Shown here: positions 57,887-64,000 of the stretch, piece by piece
How positions within the stretch are numbered: the first letter of the stretch is position 1
Layout of the letters: every line of letters starts with the position of its first letter
Notes under the pieces: model-generated
The model's input: only the letters and a program-made list of their open reading frames with translations
Database searches by the model: none
Told to the model about the DNA's origin: nothing
Made by a program: the position numbers and the translations under genes
Assembly: GCA_965248435.1 (NCBI GenBank)
Contig: OZ252100.1
Coordinates: 4,544,001 to 4,608,000 of the forward strand
DNA length: 64,000 bases
From: Candidatus Latescibacterota bacterium
GTDB lineage: Bacteria > Latescibacterota > UBA2968 > GCA-2709665
Direction of reading: 5' to 3'

Positions 57887-60085
57887 TCAAGTCGCGACAA
57901 CGTGTGCCCTCGCGCGCCAGAGATCCACACCCACCAAACGCAGCTGGACAACCTCTCCGACCGAAACCTGCCTGAGCGATCTCACGACGATCTTCACGGG
58001 GAGGTCAGCGAGCTCGACGAGCGCGCCGTCCCGTCTGAGGTACAGAACGACGGCCGGGAACAGGCTGCCTGTCGATTCAGACAGATTTCTCAGGATCACG
58101 TAGCGTTCACGGCGATGTCGAAGGCGGTCCAACTGCCTCAGTTCCTCCTGTGCCCGGTATCGAATCAGATCGATTTCGTCACGTGCGTAAAGCACCTCTC
58201 CGTGAATCAGATCGTGCACGACCTGGCACTGCATCATCAGGTCGACGTATCGGTCCTGAGGCATGGTTACAGGGACGTAAGCGGAGAGGCCCAGACCGTG
58301 GTGAAACGCTGCCTCCGCACTCAGCTTGACAGAGGGGGTCTGGCGACGAATCTCGTGCCTTCGGACGAACCGATTCGGAATCTGAGCCAGCTCACTCAGG
58401 TTCATAGGGGTGTCCCGCGTCTCATAGATGACCGGGATCTCTCTCTCAGCGCAGTATTTTCCCACCTCCTGGCAGGCAAGGATCGCGAGCTCTTCCTGAA
58501 TCACGTTTACGTCCTTTGACTCCACCACGAGTTTTCCCTCTTCGACACTCACCTGAGGTTGCGCCCGGACGGATGCGTCGAAGGCTCCTGCCTCTTCACG
58601 CGCCGAACGGAGCGCTTCCGCTACTCGTCCCAGGATGCGGAGCGGCCCGGCAAGGGGATGCGCCTTGCCATCGGAGATGGCTTCCAGATCTTGATTGGAA
58701 AGGCGATGGTGGAGCTTGACGCGTGAGGGAATGATCCTGCTCTCACGGATCGCGAGACCCTTGTCCAGCTTCCAGAGGATACTCATCGCAGGAGTGGGTT
58801 CACCGATCTGAAAGCGGCCGAGCTTCGTTGAAATGCGATGAGGGAGCATCGGGATCTCGGCATCTGGCAGAATCAGCGACGCCATGCGATTGCAGGCCTC
58901 GCGATCGAGCGCAGATCCGCGAGGCACGAGGTCACTCAGGTCGGGGATGTGCACACCAAGCTCGTAGCCCCGCCCCCATCTGCGCCTGAGTGAGATCGCG
59001 ATCTTACCCTCATCGAGCGAAAAGAGGCGTCGCCGCCACAGCCTTCGACGGCCTTTGAGGACCCGAGACCGGCCGACACGATCCGATTCCCGGACGACAT
59101 CATCAGGGAAGTGGGGCGTCAGTTCGGCTCGAAGGAGATCCAGGTTCTCGTGTTCCGACCAGATGCCCTTGCGCACGAGGAGGTCGAAGGCGCTTCGCTC
59201 CAGATCCTTTGTTCCCGGCACAACTTCGGGCAGGATCTTCCTCGCCTGCTTCTGCCCGGGGGCGCGCTGTCCCCACAGGGCATACATGCGAATGTGCTCG
59301 AGCCAGCTGTTTTGCCTCCGTGTCAGTGTCTCCGCGTCGTAATCCATCCCCTCCAGAGAAGACCAATGGATGAACTCCGCCAGTTCCTCTCCGAGCGCTG
59401 CCTCGCGAGCGAGGAGGGCCTTGCGGGCCTCCACCTCCTCGGCCGAAAGAAGTGCGTAGACCTGATGCATTCGTGCCTCAAAATAGGGCGATGTGTCTTC
59501 CAGATGCAGGTAGAGCGCCACCCAGCGCAGCGTGTCCATCGCACCGTTCCAGTAGAGTGAAGCGATCTCGGAAATCGTCAGTGTCTCCTGGTCTCCGGTC
59601 AGGAGCTCCCAGATTTCTTGCAGGTCCACGTTCGAGCTCAACTCCCGAGCCGAGTCCACGAATGAAGTGAGGGCATCTCCGTCTTTGTCCAATCTGATCC
59701 CGGTCTCGTAGATGAGCATCGACGCGGACAGGTGCAGGCGCCTGCGGTCCTCCGATACCACGGAAACTGTCCGGGCAGAACCCTTCCTGCAGTATCCGAG
59801 CATCAGGCGCTTCCGGTACCGGAAGAGTACGATCTCACCCGACCCGGGAAGGTCTCCGGGTTTATCACCTTGCTCTTGGGGCGTCCCCGGCGCGGCGCGA
59901 CGCTTCTGGGTCCTGGGAACCGGCCAGGCGGAAGGCTTGCGAGCGGGCAGACGCCCGACCTGGCGCTCGGTCCAGACGTTTTTCCCTTCGCGTCTCACCA
60001 CGAAGCCGTAGATCCGTTTCACGAAGTTGGCGTAGTAGTAGATGAATCGATTGGCGATCGTCAGGTCTCTGTTCAAGAGCTTCAT
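57887..60085 (-). CDS. RNB-domain (RNase II/R family) protein with degenerate catalytic motif
   Basis: GVHIPD..LDREA..R..SL.LPD..IPMLP, HHGLGL..Y, RYVDL, C-terminal S1-like domain; ATG 60085 follows the upstream stop. Confidence 0.82.
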   Translation of the reverse strand: MKLLNRDLTIANRFIYYYANFVKRIYGFVVRREGKNVWTERQVGRLPARKPSAWPVPRTQKRRAAPGTPQEQGDKPGDLPGSGEIVLFRYRKRLMLGYCRKGSARTVSVVSEDRRRLHLSASMLIYETGIRLDKDGDALTSFVDSARELSSNVDLQEIWELLTGDQETLTISEIASLYWNGAMDTLRWVALYLHLEDTSPYFEARMHQVYALLSAEEVEARKALLAREAALGEELAEFIHWSSLEGMDYDAETLTRRQNSWLEHIRMYALWGQRAPGQKQARKILPEVVPGTKDLERSAFDLLVRKGIWSEHENLDLLRAELTPHFPDDVVRESDRVGRSRVLKGRRRLWRRRLFSLDEGKIAISLRRRWGRGYELGVHIPDLSDLVPRGSALDREACNRMASLILPDAEIPMLPHRISTKLGRFQIGEPTPAMSILWKLDKGLAIRESRIIPSRVKLHHRLSNQDLEAISDGKAHPLAGPLRILGRVAEALRSAREEAGAFDASVRAQPQVSVEEGKLVVESKDVNVIQEELAILACQEVGKYCAEREIPVIYETRDTPMNLSELAQIPNRFVRRHEIRRQTPSVKLSAEAAFHHGLGLSAYVPVTMPQDRYVDLMMQCQVVHDLIHGEVLYARDEIDLIRYRAQEELRQLDRLRHRRERYVILRNLSESTGSLFPAVVLYLRRDGALVELADLPVKIVVRSLRQVSVGEVVQLRLVGVDLWRARAHVVAT

Positions 60086-60087
60086 CG

Positions 60088-60432
60088 CTATGGTCCTCTG
60101 GTGAGTGATCGAAGTCGTTCCAGGACCTCGATCTGGCTGCTCAGGTGCTTTTCCGCGGCCTTGACGAGCGCCCTCTGGCTTTCGATGAGGGCTTGCTCCA
60201 CGGCGGCCGCCTGTTCTTTGTCCATTCCAAGTGCGATGTTCTGCCCGATTCTTATCTCCAGACTGTCTTCCATATCCTTCAACCGCGAGACCGCGTAGGA
60301 ATGCGTCGACCGGGCGACGGTGACTTTTTCTCCCTGTTTCCGAAACGCCTCGTGGGGATTGTCTGCGGGTTCGCTGCAGGCTGAGAGACCTGCCCACAGA
60401 GAGAGAAAGAGGATGAAGGGTGTCCGCATCAT
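60088..60432 (-). CDS. Small hypothetical lipoprotein
   Basis: Signal peptide with LSAC lipobox; ATGA-coupled to the GNAT gene. Confidence 0.75.
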   Translation of the reverse strand: MMRTPFILFLSLWAGLSACSEPADNPHEAFRKQGEKVTVARSTHSYAVSRLKDMEDSLEIRIGQNIALGMDKEQAAAVEQALIESQRALVKAAEKHLSSQIEVLERLRSLTRGP

Positions 60433-61352
60433 GCCTGATCCAGCCCCCAGGTGAACAACCTCTCCCGCACGTCCGCAGTCACGCTCGCCGGATTGACGAC
60501 GTAGATCATCTCAGAGCCGTGCCCCTTGGAGCTCTCCAGCGGATGCTTTCGAGCGCCGGAAGCGGTAAGCTGTTCGATGATATCGGGTCGGGCGTGGAAG
60601 GCGAGGAACGGCCTGTTTCTGGACTGGGGTTCTGTCTCGAGGACGTGGGAAAGGAGTCCTACAATGCTGGGCGCATCGCCGCCGTACTCGATGATGCCCG
60701 CCTTGTTCACGCCCCCGCCGTAAACCAGATAAGCGCGAGCACTCCCGTTGTCAACGGCCGTCCAGACGTCGATTTTGGGCAGGGACAGCAGGGCGACCGA
60801 TTCATCGCGCGTTCTTGTAAAGCGGACAGGTTCCTGCTCGTAGAGCGCGATGATGTCGTCGAGATATTGACCATCGATGAATCGGACGGCATCACAGCCT
60901 GTCTCCCGAAGTTGGGCACTGCCCATCTCGAATAGCCATCCTTCCGGAGAGACGGTCTCCCACCCCAGTTTGCGGTAGAAGTCGGGGACCCCGGTCCAGA
61001 GGAGGCCGAGGTCGTACCCCTCCTCGTGAATCGACTCTTGAAGGCTGCGCATCAATGCGGCTGCGTGTCCTCGCTGCCGAAATTCGGGCGCTGTCGCGAC
61101 GGCGACGATCATACCGACTTTCAGTCGGGCCTCCTCGATGACCAGCTCGCGCTCCCAATTCGCCGCGTGGCTGACGATGCGCCCGGCCTCGACCATGACG
61201 CGGCAGTTCGCGTGGTTGGAAGGATCAAAGACCAGCGGAAAGTCAGCGAGCATGTTCTGGTCGGTTATTCCGCGACTTCGCCGAAACACGTCGTCCAGCA
61301 GTTCGCCGAGTTCCGGGAGATCACTTTGTGTGATAGAGCGGAGGGTTGGCAT
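60429..61352 (-). CDS. GNAT-family acetyltransferase (Eis-like N-terminal domain)
   Basis: VATAPEFRQRGHAAALM and FYRKLGW motifs. Confidence 0.88.
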   Translation of the reverse strand: MPTLRSITQSDLPELGELLDDVFRRSRGITDQNMLADFPLVFDPSNHANCRVMVEAGRIVSHAANWERELVIEEARLKVGMIVAVATAPEFRQRGHAAALMRSLQESIHEEGYDLGLLWTGVPDFYRKLGWETVSPEGWLFEMGSAQLRETGCDAVRFIDGQYLDDIIALYEQEPVRFTRTRDESVALLSLPKIDVWTAVDNGSARAYLVYGGGVNKAGIIEYGGDAPSIVGLLSHVLETEPQSRNRPFLAFHARPDIIEQLTASGARKHPLESSKGHGSEMIYVVNPASVTADVRERLFTWGLDQA

Positions 61353-61417
61353 AAGAACGGACCGCAGACCGCCGACGGCAGACCGCGGCGGAAAGCCTCT
61401 GTGCTTGGTCGAATTCT

Positions 61418-64000
61418 CTAGTGGATTTGAAGTGTGAACAGCTTCGATTTCTCCAGTACGAGTCTGAACCTCAGGATCCGACCAGAAAAATCGGAAAGTC
61501 GCCGGCCGTTCCAGGAAGGGTTGTGATCGATCTCGTCTCCGATGAACGGATCAGAGTCCTCGAGGGTGTATCCCTCGATCGGCGCCCCGTCTTCGTTCTG
61601 TAGCTCCAAGAGAATCCGTCCACCCTTTTCTACCTGGGTGTTGATGAGGAGATCTGTGCCGTCGAACTGGATCGGATGGGTCGTGAATTCACCGATGCCG
61701 TCGACGGGTGCCGCGTAGGCCAGCCGCCCGGGTCGGATGCGCGTGAACATGGGATAGGAATCGCCGTAGAACCCGTGGCGCCAGAGGTTATCCCAGTTGA
61801 CGAAGAACGGGGTCTCGCTGTAGTGGGGGAACTGGGCCTGGAATGCCTCCACTGTGGGATGCCTTGTCGCTGTGGTGTGATTGTGATGGACGTTCCTGGC
61901 CTCGTTTCGGAGCAGCCAGAATTCATTGCCCTCATCGTCTTTCGCCGGGATGTAGCTCCGAGACTGAAAGTACATGATCCACGGGAAGTCGCTGTTCTCG
62001 ACCCCCGGCTTGACGAGCGGTGCCCTGTGATTCGTGAACCGATGCCAGTGAAGGAGATCGCGGGACCACATGAGCTCGGGGTATTGAATGAGGTGATCGG
62101 TCGGATAGCTCCTGAGCTCCGCGACGTAGACTTCACCGCTGTTGACTGCGACGCCCCCGAGGGAGGTCGTGCGGAGCACGGAACGTCCTTCCTCAGCGGC
62201 AGGCAAGTTGACGATCATCGCCATGTTGTAGAACTGCATCCCGTAGCAATCGAATTCGTCTACCCCCACGCAGAACCGCTTATGAAAATGGATTCCGTCA
62301 TCAGTCCACAGCACCGCCAGGTTGCGCAGCGGCCCCTGGTGGTTGTCCCACGGCATGCACTGAGGAGGGTAGGGGGGCGAGTTGGGCCGGTAGTACCAGA
62401 AGATCGTCGGCTTGCCTCGAAGCTCCACCTCGTGCCGGATGGTCTCGCTGCTGTGCATCAGGTCCATGCCGGGTCCGAGCTGGATGAGGGGTTTATCGCT
62501 CAGGAAGTGGTATTCGTTGTCGCCCTTGTAGACCATCGGGTAATAGCTTCTGTCCTCTGGCGTGAAACCCAATGCGTCCTTCGATGCTGCAAAGTCTTCC
62601 GGCCAGGCGAAATCGACCTTGGGATTGTGGCCCCCCGCGATGAAGCCCATGAAGATTCTGTCCATGTCGACCGGTCCGTCCCGCTCCGGATCGTAGACAC
62701 CGAATTTATACTTCGGTGAATCCACCCCGAGAGTAATGGCCGAGGTGACATCTTTGGGACGCTCCGACCGGGTCAGATCCTGGACCGTTCCCAGGATGTT
62801 GTTGGCCGTCGAACCGTGAAATTCGACCTTCCCCAGTTCCGGCTTCTCCCAGGTGATCCCATCCTTTGAAGTGGCTAGGCAGACGTATTCAGGGCGCTGC
62901 AGGTCTTCCGGGTAGAGCTCGAAGATCAAACCCGAAGATTCGTCGACCTCTTCGGGAGGGGGCAGACCGCCACCCTTTCGCAGGCCGGGAACCGCGAGCA
63001 TCAGATGATTGGTGTTGCGTTCCGACTCGGAGCGCGGGTCGTTGAGGATTGCGTAGGCGTGGTCGAACGGGGGCCGATCGAAGTCGAATTCCCGGACCGG
63101 CGTTCCAGCGTCCAGCAGCCGTTGAAGGAGCGCCTGGTATCCGGTGGTGAGAGGATCCGTCCGCTCACGGGAGGCTGATGTCCTGTGTATCGTGACCGGG
63201 AGGGTTTCTTCTCCCTGAAGCCAGTGCGCGGAAGAACCACTCGTATCGGGTTCGTCCTCGCTGCTCACCAGGTCGTCCGCGAGGACGTGCCATCCGAATG
63301 CCTTTCGGAACGCGTGCGGTCTGTGAATCGAGCGGCTGAAATCGTATTCCATCTTGAACAGCCTTTCTGCTTCGTCAAATTTCACAGAGGCAGACATCAT
63401 GCCGAACTCCCAGGGCTTGTCTTTGACGATCGCCGGTTTGCCTGGACGGGGATCGTAGCTCATCGGCCAGAAATCGATGCCCTCAGATGACTCGAAGAGC
63501 CAGTTATCGACCATGTACTGCAGAGATTCGCCCAGACGGAGGGGCGGCTCTGGCTGGACATCGGGTCCGATGACCTCCTTCCAAAACTTGCGGACCATGT
63601 AGGGTCCGAACGGTTGACCCTCTTCCAGGAGCTGGACGCGGATCCAGTACTCGCCGCGATCCCAGTCGGCGTGGTTGAACGTGACGGTCTGATGTGCCTC
63701 GGCCAGGTCCAAGTCGACCGGCTCCACGAGGGTTTCCGACCCCCGCCGCTTCGTCACATCGATGCGGACCCGGCAGACAGGAACACGCTCAGTCTTGAGC
63801 CGGATGGTGAGCGGGATTTCGTCGTGGTCGATGCAAACCGGTCTGAGCGGCGCGCATTCGATAAAGCCGGGCGGGAAATCGTGTCGGAGTCGGCTTTTCC
63901 CGCTGTTGGCATAGAACGCGTCCTGGTCCAATTCGCAAGTCTCGGTGACGATCGGCGATCCTTCGCTCAGGATCGCGACTTCAAAGGTCGTCACACCCAT
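61418..64000 (-). CDS. Large hypothetical protein with five-bladed beta-propeller / GH32-43-like motifs (5' truncated by window)
   Basis: CLATSKDGITWEKPELG.VEFHGSTANN, SRDLLHW, and a C-terminal FTT.P..FDG..L.IN...LRF.L....LF module. Confidence 0.65.
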   Translation of the reverse strand: MGVTTFEVAILSEGSPIVTETCELDQDAFYANSGKSRLRHDFPPGFIECAPLRPVCIDHDEIPLTIRLKTERVPVCRVRIDVTKRRGSETLVEPVDLDLAEAHQTVTFNHADWDRGEYWIRVQLLEEGQPFGPYMVRKFWKEVIGPDVQPEPPLRLGESLQYMVDNWLFESSEGIDFWPMSYDPRPGKPAIVKDKPWEFGMMSASVKFDEAERLFKMEYDFSRSIHRPHAFRKAFGWHVLADDLVSSEDEPDTSGSSAHWLQGEETLPVTIHRTSASRERTDPLTTGYQALLQRLLDAGTPVREFDFDRPPFDHAYAILNDPRSESERNTNHLMLAVPGLRKGGGLPPPEEVDESSGLIFELYPEDLQRPEYVCLATSKDGITWEKPELGKVEFHGSTANNILGTVQDLTRSERPKDVTSAITLGVDSPKYKFGVYDPERDGPVDMDRIFMGFIAGGHNPKVDFAWPEDFAASKDALGFTPEDRSYYPMVYKGDNEYHFLSDKPLIQLGPGMDLMHSSETIRHEVELRGKPTIFWYYRPNSPPYPPQCMPWDNHQGPLRNLAVLWTDDGIHFHKRFCVGVDEFDCYGMQFYNMAMIVNLPAAEEGRSVLRTTSLGGVAVNSGEVYVAELRSYPTDHLIQYPELMWSRDLLHWHRFTNHRAPLVKPGVENSDFPWIMYFQSRSYIPAKDDEGNEFWLLRNEARNVHHNHTTATRHPTVEAFQAQFPHYSETPFFVNWDNLWRHGFYGDSYPMFTRIRPGRLAYAAPVDGIGEFTTHPIQFDGTDLLINTQVEKGGRILLELQNEDGAPIEGYTLEDSDPFIGDEIDHNPSWNGRRLSDFSGRILRFRLVLEKSKLFTLQIH

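Noticed and set aside
60086-60397. N-terminal extension of the 836-aa ORF
   Set aside because: It overlaps the lipoprotein gene in another frame; ATG 60085 is the plausible start.

Overview
Mostly housekeeping chromosomal DNA from a GC-rich bacterium. The GWxTD/TPR protein, C-terminal dockerin/EF-hand-like repeats, BatA and Big_5 lipoprotein suggest an FCB-related lineage such as Ca. Latescibacterota (inference). In order: (1) a stress-type patch with a sigma54-driven bifunctional nuclease, a decayed FmdB zinc ribbon, DUF2892 and an alternative sigma70; (2) a 7-gene catabolic cluster (C26 gamma-glutamyl hydrolase, GS-like ligase, P450, ADC-like protein, FAH, extradiol dioxygenase, Rieske ferredoxin) behind a terminator-containing leader; (3) a ~17.5 kb co-directional aromatic amino acid supercluster (trpEGDCF-tyrS-trpBA-CM-DAHPS-tyrA-aroA-like-aroE-menG-argS-aroK-aroB); (4) aceE-aceF-lpd divergent from a 2-oxoacid:ferredoxin oxidoreductase; (5) envelope and housekeeping genes (topA, xerC, nfi, UbiA/MqnP, ubiX, RNB-like, GNAT). 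The top candidates for new biology are an unannotated Phe/Trp/Tyr-rich leader peptide with a complete terminator/antiterminator upstream of the supercluster, the glutamylation-P450-ring-cleavage pathway, a full-length AroA-fold protein lacking its active site, a structured topA 5' leader, and an RNase II-like protein lacking its catalytic motif. I recognised no rRNA, tRNA, CRISPR array or transposase. All calls come from motif recognition by eye; no searches were run.
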